From Octopus vulgaris (Eukaryota): DNA of 64,000 nucleotides. The stretch's first letter is position 1. Each line of letters begins with the position of its first letter. The notes under the pieces are model-generated. The model did not search any database and was not told the DNA's origin. It was given only the letters and a program-made list of their open reading frames with translations. The stretch is taken from the NCBI GenBank assembly GCA_951406725.2, contig OX597814.1:57536001-57600000 (forward strand). The letters run 5' to 3'. The position numbers and the translations under genes were made by a program. This document shows positions 1 through 13,335 of this stretch, piece after piece.

Positions 1-2093
1 CATGTTATAGGAGGTTATAGTTCATGAAGAGGATTCCAGTACGTGAATTGTACCTACTTCACTGGTGTGTTGTGTATTTAGAGCGTAAAGGAGTGTAACT
101 AAATACTATAATGGATCAATTCTAGCATTCAAGTGTTTCTGCCACGTTGGCTCTTACTTAGGTTCAAGGCATGAAATTTGCTTTGCGTGGAGGGAGATGA
201 GTCAGTACTATCGACCTGAGTACTTGATTAATGCTTCATTTTATTGACTACTGAGAGATAAAACGCCAAATTGGTTTTGGTGGGAAGAAACGGAAGGAAT
301 ACCACACTGCATTATGTCCGGCCATTTAACTATTCTGCAAACCAATCTCGCTGTAATCACGGCTTTAATAATTCTTTCTAATTTTAGCACAAAGTGAGCA
401 ATTTTGAAGGGATGGAGCAAGTTGATTTGGTCGACTCTAGTACTCAACTAGTTCTTATTTTATCGACAATGAAAATATGAAAGGCAAAGCCGCACACGGC
501 GGAATTTCCACGGCGAAATTTGAACTCAGAACGATAAGAGCTAGAAGACATTTCACAAAACATTTTGTCCGATTCTTTAAAAATTCTGCAAACTCAACAA
601 GCAATCATCATAGCTTTAATAATGGAAATGATAATAGTTATAGTTATCAAATAGACGATGCTCGCAAAAAATATAGTTGGCGGGTATTTACATACTGATA
701 TCATTTTAATACTCGTCATTTAATACAATTGATGAGGTTCATAGTGGTGCAAGTGATCCAGTTGATGATATGGAACGAGGATTTATTAAGTCCTTGGAGG
801 GACTGATGTTTATGTTGAATATACAGGAATAACTGTAAAGATATTAAGTTACAGATTTCAATTGAGCGCATTGAGAAGGGAAAAGCAGCGGGTCAGCACG
901 ACAGGCAGATAACGGGCACGTTTAATTGAGGGGAAGTTCGGAGAAGTAATGGAAAGTTGTGAATCCGACTGGAAAAGCCAGATGTACCGTAGGATAGTTC
1001 ACTGGAAAGATAATGTAAGGGATTTATATTTTCCTTAAAAAAGGACCACCGTGTCAAACTAATATAGATTTATATCGCTGTTTTCTGCTGCTTGTTTGTT
1101 CAAACTATTCCGACTACCGTTTTTGTGTTTTTTTTCTAACATGCTGACGCAGACATTGACCTTATTCTCAGATTACTAGAATCAGATTACACTTAATCTG
1201 CAATTATTATATTATAAAAAAGCGAATCGAATACATGAAATTCAATGTACATTTCAGTAAGTCGCTATTATTTTGTTAGAGATACGCAATTTCTCATGTC
1301 TTTCCACCGGACACCTCGATCAATCACAGATTAAGATCAAGAATATATTGGCTTAGCTTGATATTAAATCTAGTTTTCGTAGCAGTGTGTGTAACGGCCT
1401 ATTATTCTATGTTAAACACACTACATTGTAGTATAGAGTATCTGTTACCAGTTTGATATATTTAACGGGCATGACAGTGACCTGTCCTTTCGTAGAGCTA
1501 ATAACTTGGGGAACACATAGACAACCGCATCCTCTATCTAAAATAAATCTCTTTTGTAACTATTATACATTATTACTGTTGAAAAGACATTGATTTACTT
1601 TTGTTAACAAAGCAAATTAAGTCAAGTGTGAGAGCAGCTCTCATGGCTCTTTACTGGGCCTCCGAATCTGTCGGGGCTTGCAACAAAGTGGGGCTCGCTA
1701 AAGGCAGTAAATGACCAGGTGGTGGTATTAACCAGGGCAACTAATTAAGCCTACTGAGCAATCTTAAGCAATGGAATAATTGAAATACCGAATAATCGAT
1801 AAATTACATCCATCCATCCATCCATCCATCCATCCATCCATCCATCCATCCATCCGTCTGTCAGTCCGTCCGTCCGTCCGTCTGTCCGCGTATGTATGAA
1901 ATTGTTTAGTTTATTTCAAGATTTCTTGCTAAAAGAAAAAGAGTCGATTTCTAACCTAGATTCAGGGATCCATCATTGGAATTTCAACATCAACAATAGG
2001 GTACTTTTGTGTGTATGTATGTATGTATGCATGTATGTATGTATGTATGTATGTATGTATGTATGTATGTATGTATGTATGTATGTATGTATG

Positions 2094-2167
<74 letters not shown>

Positions 2168-2640
2168 ACTCAGAATCACAAACCACGCTGTTGACTCTAA
2201 ATAGCCTGAAAATTTGATATTAAAAACGAATAATGCTTTTGTTTCTTTGATTTTAAGAATTATTGAAGAGATATCATGCTGCGATAGCTAATGAATATTT
2301 GTCATCTTAATGCTATTTTGGAATGATACCACAAAAATATCAAAGTAGATATACTCTACTAAATAATTTCCATTTTGTAGGCCATTATCGCTTTTATGCT
2401 AGAACATGCAATAATTAATGTGCTCACTTAAAAGGTATTTTATGCGAATAGAAACGCTAAGGTTGTATTTTATCACAGCATATGCTTCAAATTAGGGTTG
2501 AAATTTCCTGTTTTTTGTTACGGGATTTTAATAAAACACAATGTATTTTTAATGACTTTTATTTGAGTTTATTTCCGTCTCAATTAATAAAACTAAATAT
2601 TGAGAAGAATATAAAAATTGTTATGCAGATTGAAACATAC

Positions 2641-2805
<165 letters not shown>

Positions 2806-2821
2806 CATATATATATATATA

Positions 2822-3370
2822 TCTTAATATATAAAATCCATTCTGTCTGTCTGTCTGTCTGTTTGTGCGCTTATAACTCGAGTATTGTTCATCCGATCGC
2901 GCTGAAATTTTAAACATGGATACATGAAAGAGCCGGGCGTTTTGTAATTTAAAAAGATTTTTTTCAAAATTGTTAGTTTCAAAGTGAGAATTGCTATTTT
3001 TGTAATCTTTTTGTCCTGTTTGTTTCACCATTAAAATCAACCAGTTGCTCAGACAGCTGGCACATACCATTTCACTAGCAACAAGGGGAGTACAGGATGA
3101 CAGTCAGCCCAAACTGTTGCTATGCTGTCTCTCTTCTTTCCTCTGTCTGTCTCTCTTATGACGTCCAGTTCCACTTGAGGTTGTATATATATTGTGCTAA
3201 GATTCGTTATCAATCAATTATCCTTATTGAGAAAAAACAGTCAAAACCACATACAATCGCCAAACATCGCCACTACTCAACATCGTCCAAGTTAACCCTC
3301 TTCAACTTTACATCTGACACGAAAAACTACGAGGAAAGCAAAAAAAGAGAAAAAATTGATTGCTATTAAA
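2822..3370 (+). mobile_element. 5' part of a non-autonomous Helitron-type (HINE/DINE-like) element
   Basis: Begins A|TC...ATATATAAAA, then (CTGT)n and CCGATCGCGCTGAAATTT, the same 5' layout as the element at 3850. The 3' boundary is not identified. Confidence 0.5.
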
Positions 3371-3698
3371 ACGTGTAAAATTTTGGGGTTAATAATCTTA
3401 ATCTTTAGTTACATAATAGGCAGAATTGTCGGATTAAGTCAGTAGGGTATTTTTAGGGAGATTTGGCTGCTATTTCTACTAGATCTAGCTAACATGTAGA
3501 GGTCTCGACATTGGCTTATACATATATACATAAAATCGAAATAAAATACTTAAAGAAACAGGCGTCAAATACAAAAGCCAAGGTCCATAGTGTCATGGGC
3601 CAAAACAATTTCCAACTTCTTGCCTAATGCGAGCCCAGAGCCTCTTATCTCTTTCACTATTTCAGTATTATGTCTCTATTGTAATGTGAGATACCGTG

Positions 3699-3732
<34 letters not shown>

Positions 3733-3849
3733 TCCTTACTCATTCCAAAACCGAGTTACATATTTTGACGTATGGGGTATCAAAAGATTCAGTACTATTT
3801 CGGCTACAAATCAAACTTAATTGCCATTCACATATTTGCATTTCAATAA

Positions 3850-5477
3850 TCTCTATATATATAAAACTGAGAATGTGTGTGCGTCTGTCTGTCTGTCTGT
3901 GTATTTCCCTAAAACTTGAGAACTACACAACCAATTTCATTGAAATTTTACACATGCCTTACTTAGGGTCCATGTAGTTTCATGGGCAAAACAAATGTTC
4001 AACTTCTTGACTAGGGCGAGCGCATAGCAATATCATATCTTCTCCACTATTTCAGTATTACGTGTTAAAAGTGAAACAAAATCATCTCTCTATTTTATGT
4101 CAGATACTTTCACTTTAACAATAAAAATTAGAGATAATAATAACAATTGAATTATATGTAGTAAGTAATAATTAAAATCAAACTAAAGTATAATATAATA
4201 ATTAAATCGTAACATAACAATTAAAAGTAAAAATAGCAATTGATATAAAATTGCATCAATGACTTGAACTTGAATAAGTGGTTTCACATGAATGGGAATA
4301 AATAAAAAATAAAATTTAAGTGCAGAAATGGAATAGTTCAGATGGAGCTGTGCACATACCGTTTACCACGGCTTTTACATTAGATTATCTGCTAATTAGC
4401 TAGCATTAAGTATCTATATGACGTTTGGCTGTATGTAATGTCTGTTTTCTCCAACAGACGCTTCTACTGAGTACTGCTGTTGGTTTATTTCTGATCCATA
4501 AAGGACTATAGCTTCAACTGAGTTCTACTTTTTGATTCACCGTAAGGTTTGTTGTTATTATTATTACTGTTTAACTATTGGTATCACGTTTGTTGGTTCC
4601 TCGTAAGGGAAGCGTTGTTGTGTTGCATTTGTTAAATAATTGTAAAACGTAACCCTCCCCCTTTGGGAGAAGAAGCTTTGGTTTTTGTTTAAAAATTGAA
4701 TTGTGTCCCTGTTTGGGGAAATTGACAATATTTTCACCGTTTATACGGAAGCATTTTTGTTAAAATGTCTTCGATAGAAGAAAGTCCAAAAAGGAATTTC
4801 GCTGCAGCCGTCGGCGGGCGCGAACTCATTAAAATTAAAATGGAAGAAATACAAATCTATTTCGGATTGATCACCGACAAAGACGATGAATCTAGGATAA
4901 CGCCACCAAACGAAATAAAAAATAAAATTAAAGAAAAGACTATTGTCTATAAAGTATACAATGTAGAGAAAAAAAAGATTTGAACACCTGGAGGAAAGCA
5001 CCATTCAAAAGTGTCTTGGTGCGACTATGAAAAATATCAAGTATCTAACCAGAGGCGGTAAATTCGCCACAATAGAAGCAAGGTTCGAGTCAACGGAGCG
5101 TGCAAGGGAGTACTCGACTCGAACCTTGCAAAGTGGAAATATTTTATTTTTACCATTATATCTGGGACGTAGGACGTCCCAGATAAAAAATAAAAATGTC
5201 CCCCCAGAAGTAGAGGTAGGCTGGATTGTAGCCACACTTCTATACAAGAGGGAGGAAAAGATACAATTGATCGAAATTGCAAGAGACGGGCCTACAATTC
5301 CAGTCTGTTATATATTTTGAGTATTGTTATCACTAGCGATATCAAGATATAACTTTGTATTTTGTATTTTATGGGTAGATGTATATATATAGATGTACAT
5401 GTAATATGTATACATATATATACACATATATACATGCACTAGCACTATGATCCGGCAACGCCGGGTCATAATGCTAG
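3850..5477 (+). mobile_element. Non-autonomous Helitron (~1.6 kb)
   Basis: 5' TC at 3850 after A; (CTGT)n near the 5' end; 3' hairpin TATGA-TCCGGC-AAC-GCCGGG-TCATA followed by CTAG (5474-5477) and T, giving an A|T insertion site without TSD. A partial copy of its 5' internal region lies at ~3570-3695. Confidence 0.8.
4765..5290 (+). pseudogene. Frameshifted ORF1/gag-like fragment (possibly L1/Tx1-type) carried inside the Helitron
   Basis: Consecutive non-microsatellite ORFs 4765-4983 and 5027-5320 (SPKRNFAAAV..., ...YLGRRTSQIKNKNVPPEVEVGWIV) resemble non-LTR retrotransposon ORF1 sequence. Family assignment is inference. Confidence 0.4.
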
Positions 5478-5746
5478 TTTAACATAATCTTTTCCATAAA
5501 TCAACCATCGTAAACATTTTATACGATAACGTCACATTTTCTATATGTGTATGTACCTTAAAAGACATCAATCATCACGACACACACCTTCACTTACTCA
5601 TTCTATCTATCTTTCTCACATTCTTTCACTCTCACATACACACGCGCACGCACGCACACACACACGCCCATTTCATATAGACGTACATACATATTTCACT
5701 TTCTTTCTACGTTCATAATTTTTTGTTTACAATATTGGAAAAAATA

Positions 5747-6310
5747 TGCCACCAAAGAAAAGACGTAATCTCTATAGAAACAAGTATAAAGAAAGGAGGG
5801 TTGTATAAAACCGAAGGTGGAAAATCTGAAGAGAGAAGCTAGATGAGATTTTCTCAAGATCAGCAAATGCATGTTGCAGCACTTAATGCTGGATCATTAA
5901 ATCAATGTTTTAAATGATTAGATAGAGGTCCAGTAGAATAGCTCTCAGAAACAGCCTACGTACAAATTCGTTCTTCACAACTCTTGAAGCTGTTTTCAGA
6001 TATGATCCATACCATTCTTATAAAAATAATAACTCTGCCCAAATTGGTGTGCTAAACACAAATTGCCTTTTCTGTAGAGCTTTAAAATGTTCAAATAAAA
6101 CAAATGGCATGTGCTGCTCAAGGCATTTCCATCCAGTTAAATGATTTTCTGAACGATATCAGACAATACAACTCTGCAATTGACATCGCTTGGTGCATCA
6201 AAGAAGATAGATAAACATGAATTTACGCCGACGTCAAAGACCATCACCTCATTGGTTCCCTGTTATCCACAAATGAACAACAGTTCCTCCAAATTTAATT
6301 TATGAGTGAT
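5747..6310 (+). pseudogene. Decayed Helitron Rep/Hel N-terminal region
   Basis: Hand translation gives FRYDP...QIGVLNTNCLFCRALKCSNKTNGMCCS, then IRQYNSA..TSLGA..HHLIGSLL..QFLQI. These match Helitron Rep zinc-finger and YNS/QGQxYHxIGSL motifs, with multiple stops and frameshifts. Confidence 0.7.
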
Positions 6311-7208
6311 GTAGGACAACAAACTCGAAGGGGGGGGGTCAACATTTCAGATGATGGGTCGTGTTAGACACAACACCGAATGCTGCAAAAGAGAGTATAT
6401 CCACTGATAGCTTTTCGGTGCGTTCAAACATCACATAACCCCCACAGGTTAGGGCCTGAAATACACCAAACCTGCTCATAGCATGTTGCCTAGTCAAATT
6501 AGCCCATCATTTACTCCACAAATGTTTTGTTGTCAATCCTGTACTTTCACATATCATATGATTAATGCGTTATAAGCCATAATTTAATAACTTGGGATAA
6601 CAAGGGAACATGACCTCCGACAGGCCTCGAACCTCGTGCCATTCATGTTCCGAGTGAATTTGTTGCCATGAAGAACGTGTTTTCTTAATTAAGCTCTTAT
6701 AAATGTGTTAGTGATAAAAAAAGAAGAAAAAAAATCGCTCATAAATATTGCATTTATGTCTCCGATAATTGATGATTCATTCGCCAATTTATAATTATTC
6801 ATATTTTGGAGGTTAATCCTTGTCATAAACATCGAACCAAAGTATGACACTTCGCTATTTAAGCCAGTAGCAGAATAATCTATTAGCAGACGATTGAGTG
6901 AAGAAATTAACTCGGAAATAAATGTAATTTTTATGAAGAAAACAGTGTTCATTTTATCAGCAAAACATCCATATAGTTTATTTTAAATAGGGACACCAGA
7001 CGCTCTGTGGTATAATCAACGACAGGTATGTGTTAGATGGTTCTGTTCTTTGTCTGTCTTAGTGTTTATGAAATATTGAATGAGTTATATTCAATCTTAA
7101 CCGTTTACGCAGTACCCCGCCTCCCCATAAATATATTTCGAATTCAAGTATAACTTAACATCAGTATGTTAAATGCTTTCATTTGTGAACATCTCCAGTT
7201 TTCTGGTG

Positions 7209-7367
7209 TAAGTCGACTAAATCGACCCCAGAGTTCAACTGCTACTTATTTTATTAACCCTGAATGATGAGAAGCAAAGTCGACATCGACAGAATTTAAA
7301 CTCAGACGGACGAAATGCCACTAAGCATTTTGCCCGGCGTGCTAACAATTCTGCCAGCTTGCTGCCT
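7209..7367 (-). mobile_element. tRNA-derived SINE (Meta-domain-like family)
   Basis: Reverse complement of the family at 31219 (GGCAGCAAGCTGGCAGAATTGTTAGCACGCCGGGC...GTCGACTTTGC). Confidence 0.75.
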
Positions 7368-8148
7368 TAAAACTTTCAGTTATATTATTGAGCTGCAGAA
7401 CCACTGCTCTACTTACTACGTATATATCATTTTGCCAAATACGCTCTTCGACTGATTCTGTTCTTTCATTATCATTGTTAAATCGTTGCGATGATCTTTA
7501 TAGTTGTGAACAGCTGACGTATGAATTTATACAATGTAATTAATGTTGAATTTAACGATCACGACGGAGACTAGCGTTGGATTGCTTTTTAATTAATTCA
7601 CTCTCAGACTCTTAAAAGACGCCCTGAAGAAATTTCGTTTGATGGTTTTTCGATCGTTTGATATAAATTTGATACGTGATGTCTGATTGAAGTTAGTTAC
7701 TCTACAAACTCAAGCAATCACCTGGTTTAACAGTATCAGCTGGTCGTTGGGAACCCAAATCTGTGATAAAAATTTCCGAGCAATATTTTATCACATTTAT
7801 CACATTTCGTGGACAAAAACAAGTGGGTATATGGTCTTGAACTGTTGTTCTAGATACGATGTATAGTAGTCAAACCAATCCATCTTTTTCTGCCCACAGA
7901 ATGATTTCTTGAAACAGTGGTTCTTTAATGGTTTGTTGTGGCGTACACCATAAATAGTATCGAGATGTGCTATGGATTTTTAAAAATATAATTTTAAAGT
8001 ATGGAAAATCCATGGTGATACTCGATTAACTTGAAATATGTTATATATATATGGTAAGTATAGTCCCTACATCCATCGTAATCATTTCCAGGTCTTCATT
8101 GACTCGGCGTGTGTTACTGTCTCTTTATAGTAGGCTGTGCTGAGAGAA

Positions 8149-8282
<134 letters not shown>

Positions 8283-8861
8283 TAAGACAAGAGATTCTTA
8301 GAAGTGAGAGGCCGAGTAAGTACGACAGTTAAAGTAAATTTGTAATAAAAAGAACCGAAAGTAGAAAGTTGTGAGATTTACGAGCACAAAGGAAAAGGAG
8401 AAAGACGAATATAGATGCGTAACAAAATTTCTGACATCACTGTGTCTTTAATTATTTCGTTCCCTCATTCAGTCTCTCTCTCACTCTCTGAGTTTGAAAT
8501 GTATCTTCGTGTACAAAATAATGGCGTTATTTGTTGGGCATACTTTTTCACAAGATCGGGAAAATGTCAAGATCTATTTGTATATATTTGTGTATGCTTG
8601 CATGTGTGTGTGTACGCAGGAATACACACATACACACACACATGAATATATACACATATGGAAAGGTTTAACTGTATATGTAAACATATACTCATATATA
8701 AAGGCTTACACATATGTAAAGGATTTATTTAAAGACATAGTCTTGTGAAGCATATTTGTAGATATCATAAAGCAATTGTTGCGATAACAAAAAGAACAAC
8801 AACAACAAAACAAAAGAAATAATAATAATGATAATGATAATAATAATAGTAATAGTAGTAA

Positions 8862-8958
<97 letters not shown>

Positions 8959-8959
<1 letters not shown>

Positions 8960-9478
8960 GCCCTGATGCAGTACCAGGCAGTGGCTCTCATGGCTTCTGA
9001 TCTTAACTGATTGGAAGTGTTATCATGTACATTGTTTTGTCTTGGTATAAAAGATGGGCTACAGCAAATATTCTGCTCAATACCACAGATTTGCTTGTCA
9101 GTTGTTTGACCTTAACCAGTTGAGCATGTCCCTTAGTGGCTGACGATATGTGCATTTCTGATCATGAGCAGAAGTATTGGGGGAGCATCATAGCTGTGTG
9201 TTGAAAGGAATTCTTAGAGGTTTGGATAATTCACCTTTGGAAACATGGGTGGTTTGTTCAACATCCTTAAACAATCCTTATTTAGGTACCTTTTGAGCGG
9301 GATGGGCTACTCGACCAGAAGAAAATTCTAACTGGGCCTCACCTGCAAGGTCATGCGCTGCTTATCTTGATATGAGATCACCATGTCGCGAACATTTGGT
9401 TGTGATGCATGTGCCTGGTGTACCCTTCATATATTTTACCCCAGTGTCACTTTGATGGCATGCAATGCTCTCTCTCAC
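8959..9478 (-). mobile_element. ~520-bp interspersed repeat inserted in an (AAT)n tract, probably a non-autonomous R4/Dong-type derivative
   Basis: Complex, more GC-rich block flanked by (AAT)n on the left and (AAC)(AAT)n on the right, with no long ORF. Dong elements are known to target TAA repeats. Classification and strand are inferred. Confidence 0.45.
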
Positions 9479-10414
9479 ACAACAACAACAACAACAACAA
9501 TAATAATTATAATATATTCTTTTATTCATTCAGTATTTTACTAGGTATTGGATTCCAGCCATGCTGGGGTACTATATTCAAGGATTTAATCTAGCATGTC
9601 GACCCCAGTAATTATTTTTAGGCTTGGTTCCTATGTAACTATTGTGTACCGCCTTGTTAAGGTATTTTTACAAAATTACTTCACTGATATTAAGCATCAT
9701 AAATGTAAATCCCGCCTCATCGTCTCACATTCTTTGTCTTTCTTTCATTCATACGATGGGCTTCTATACCGTTTCAGTCTACCAAATTTCACTCAAGGCA
9801 TCTTATTCATCAAGTCGATTCTATTGCAGAAGCAGCTTGCCCAAGATGCTACGGTGTAGGATCGGAACCGAGAACTCAAGCCTAGCTAAACGATATGAAC
9901 TTTTCGCTGAGAAGTAAAAAATAATAGAACAGGTCGTATGAACAGGTCGTGTGAAAGCTTTACCAATGTAGCCGCACAGTAGCAGAATAATATCATAGAA
10001 TAATTATGTCTTCGCTTTCGTTCCATATTTAAAATTGTTTAATCCTGGATGTAAATTAATAAAGAAATAAAAGATAACAACTTACAAATTACGAATGACA
10101 AGTGTAACAAAAACTGAACATCTCAGAAATGTTGTTTCCTAATACTGCACCTTCCGTACTACTTCGGTGGACTTTTACATCAACTAAAGAATCAAACGTT
10201 TCAAATGCAATTGCAAAAGAAATTATATATTTCAAAGTTCTCTCAGTCTGTCTCTGTCTGTCAGCCTGTCTGTCTGCCTGTCTGTCTGCTTGTCTGTCTG
10301 TCTGTCTGTCTCTACACACATATAAATATACATACATATATATGTATGTATGTATGTGTATATATATACATGCATGCATACATACATACATGCATGCATA
10401 CATACATACATACA

Positions 10415-10461
<47 letters not shown>

Positions 10462-10516
10462 GTATGCGAAGCATAAATTTGAAAGTTATTTATCGATATA
10501 TATACACATATATGAT

Positions 10517-10572
<56 letters not shown>

Positions 10573-11589
10573 TTGTATGTGTGTGTATGTGTTAATATAT
10601 ATACACATATCTCTATATGTGTATATATATATAAGTGTGTGTGTGTATGCATATACATGGATATATAAAGAGGGAGACAGAAAGAGAGAGAGAGAGAGAG
10701 AGTAAGGGAAGGAGGGAGAGAGGGGAAGGGACGGAGATGGAGGGAGATATGGAGAGAAAAAGTGAGGGCTAGTGAGATTGATTTATAGATATAGATACAT
10801 ACATATTTAAACACATGCGTATGATATATGAAGATGAAAGAGAATATTTAAAGTATGTTATTTCTCTTCAAATTTGACGTTTTTTGCTTTTGTAAGTTTG
10901 TCGATATGTTACATGAATGAAAGAAAATCGTTAATTGAACTAATATATTTTTGCAGAAGATAAAATGAAAATAAATTAGAATCGTAATATGAATATATAT
11001 ATACCATCTTTTAAGATTGGCATTAACACAAATTGCTAATTGATTAAGTGTTTTCATATATAATGAGAAGAATGTGTCTATTTCCCAATGAAGTTTTTAT
11101 GATTATTTTGTTTTTAACTTTATCATCTGCAATGTCTTCCATATACATAAATACATATATGCGTGCATGACTTCGCGCGCACGTTCACACAAACATATGT
11201 CCGTCTACTCACATGTTAAAGTTCTGGTTCCTGTCATTCGCTTTCTGTGTTTGAAGAGGAGATAATTACTCTGAAATGCTTACATCTCACAGTCTCAGTA
11301 GGTGGTGCTGCGAGCTGATTTTGGTGTATTTACACCGTTTGTCCACAGAGGCAAAATTTTTCTCCATGACAAAATACAGTGAATAACTTTCCTGCAGGTT
11401 CGAATATGCCTCCGAAATATTTGAACTGGTAATAACTTTGTCCGGGTTCAGTTTCACTGCGTGTCACCTCGGGCCGACCAAAACTTTGTAAGTGGATTTG
11501 TAGTGGGAAACTGAAACAAGTCATCGCATTCTAAAAATTAAATGGAGTTCTTTTACTCCAAACACAGATGTCCTTGCATTTATAGGCAT

Positions 11590-12286
11590 CACCTCAATTA
11601 AATCTATGATTTTGAGCAACCACTTGAGATGGTGTGGACATATTGTTCGAATGGCAGATGAATGCATGCCGAAACAGTTGTTTTATGGTGAGCTTGCAGA
11701 GGGGGAAACGCTATTGGCGTAAATCTAAAAAGAGGTTTAAGGACTATTATGAAGTCACTTGGAATGGTTATGGAAGATATAGAAACCCTTGCTTCGAATC
11801 GAGTTGGATGGCGAACAAAGGTGTGGAGTGGAGTGAAAGCAATTGAAGAGGCCAGGATAACGCAAGTTAGACTCAAAAGAGATCTAAGAAAGAATGTAAA
11901 GATCGAGAAGGTGAATGGCAATGACCTTTTTGTGCATAATCTGTGACAGATCATGCCTGTCTTTTGCTGGCCTCAAATCTCATCTGCGAACGTATGGAAA
12001 ACGAACTTCCACCAACTATTCTGTCTATATGTCTGTGCACACCTTGGAATGCAGTATATGCCAGAAGGTTTGTAAATCCAGCGGAGATCTCAAAAGACAC
12101 GTTAAGATCTACAAAGAACAGAACTTATCTGCAGATCTTGGTGGTCCAAATCAGAGGAGCAATCTATGTGGGTGTCTTTTCAGAACATTGGTCCCAAAAA
12201 GCAACATCAGACGCCATGACGGTGCTAAGGTGTAGATACAGGAGGTGGTCAAACTCTGTATAAGGAGTAGACAACCACCACCACCA
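11590..12286 (+). pseudogene. 3' fragment of an RTE-clade LINE with C-terminal C2H2 zinc fingers
   Basis: WCGHIVRMADECMPKQLFYGEL, KRFKD and LASNRVGWR are RTE post-RT motifs. They are followed by CIICDRSCLSFAGLKSHLR, CSICQKVCKSSGDLKRHVK and a third degenerate finger, then an (ACC)n tail. Frameshifted. Confidence 0.85.
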
Positions 12287-12317
12287 TTTAGTAGACAGAA
12301 ACTAAAAGAGGTCCGTC

Positions 12318-12378
<61 letters not shown>

Positions 12379-12380
12379 AC

Positions 12381-12413
<33 letters not shown>

Positions 12414-12445
12414 TGTATGTATGTATGTATGTATGTATGTATGTA

Positions 12446-12493
<48 letters not shown>

Positions 12494-12846
12494 TATCTTT
12501 GCGTCTGTTTGTCCCTCACTACGGGTTGACAATCAGTTTTGGTGTATCTACGTCCATAAATTAGCGTTTCGGCAAAAGGGATCGATAGAATAAGTATCCG
12601 GCTTTAAAAAAAATTACTAGGGTTGATTCATTTGACAACAAATTCCTCTAGTCTGTACTCGAGCATGGTCGCAGTCTAATGAGTGAAATAAGTAGAAAAA
12701 AATACTTGTGATAGGATAACTATGTAGATTTTTCAGTCCATTTTAGTTGTGAGATTTGAATATGTAGTTTTGCATGCTTCCTTTTATACGCCTAATGATT
12801 ACATTTTGGCATTATTGTTACGTCCCCACTGGACATAACAAATTCT

Positions 12847-13335
12847 TTGATCTTTCGAGTAAAATCACCAATAGAAGAGAATATGACCAAAGACTACGTG
12901 TACTCGATCACATGCAGCTGTGGTAGGTTATACAAAAGCAAAACATGCTGCCTCCTCAAAATAAGGGTAGACGATCATCGCCAAGGTGTGACACGAGGAG
13001 ATATTGATAACTCGGGTATAGCTGATCATGTATGGAAAAATGGAGACCACTTCCTCCTGTGGGATGAAGTTAAAATAATAGACAAAGAACACCACTGGAA
13101 AATACGAAAACTAAAAGAAGCAGCACATATGCTAGGACACAACAACCTCCTAAGCAGACCGAGTGCAAATAGGAGCAACATCTGGGAACCGGTATTTAGG
13201 AAGGATAGAAAAATATTCCCAAGGCTGGAGGGTATATCAGCCGAAACGTTGTGTTAAGAACAAACAAGATGAGAACAAATATCAGTCGAATGTAAATAAT
13301 GCACATAATTCGTCATCTCTTAAATATAGAACTGT
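12847..13335 (+). pseudogene. Penelope-like element 3' fragment: GIY-YIG endonuclease
   Basis: VYSITCSCGRLYKSKT..KIRVDDH...SGIADHVW...RKLKEAAHM matches PLE GIY-YIG with decayed catalytic motifs. A half hammerhead (GGCTG..CAGCC-GAAA) follows at 13223-13250. Confidence 0.8.

Noticed and set aside
4441-4547. Apparent captured exon in the Helitron (TTTTCTCCAACAG|...|GTAAGG)
   Set aside because: Stops in all three frames and no independent evidence of splicing.
5826-5860. CTGAAGA followed by a GAGAA/TTCTC stem
   Set aside because: No GAAA box or stem I; it lies in a Helitron coding relic.
7621-7690. CTGAAGA hammerhead-like start
   Set aside because: GATA instead of GAAA and no stem I pairing.
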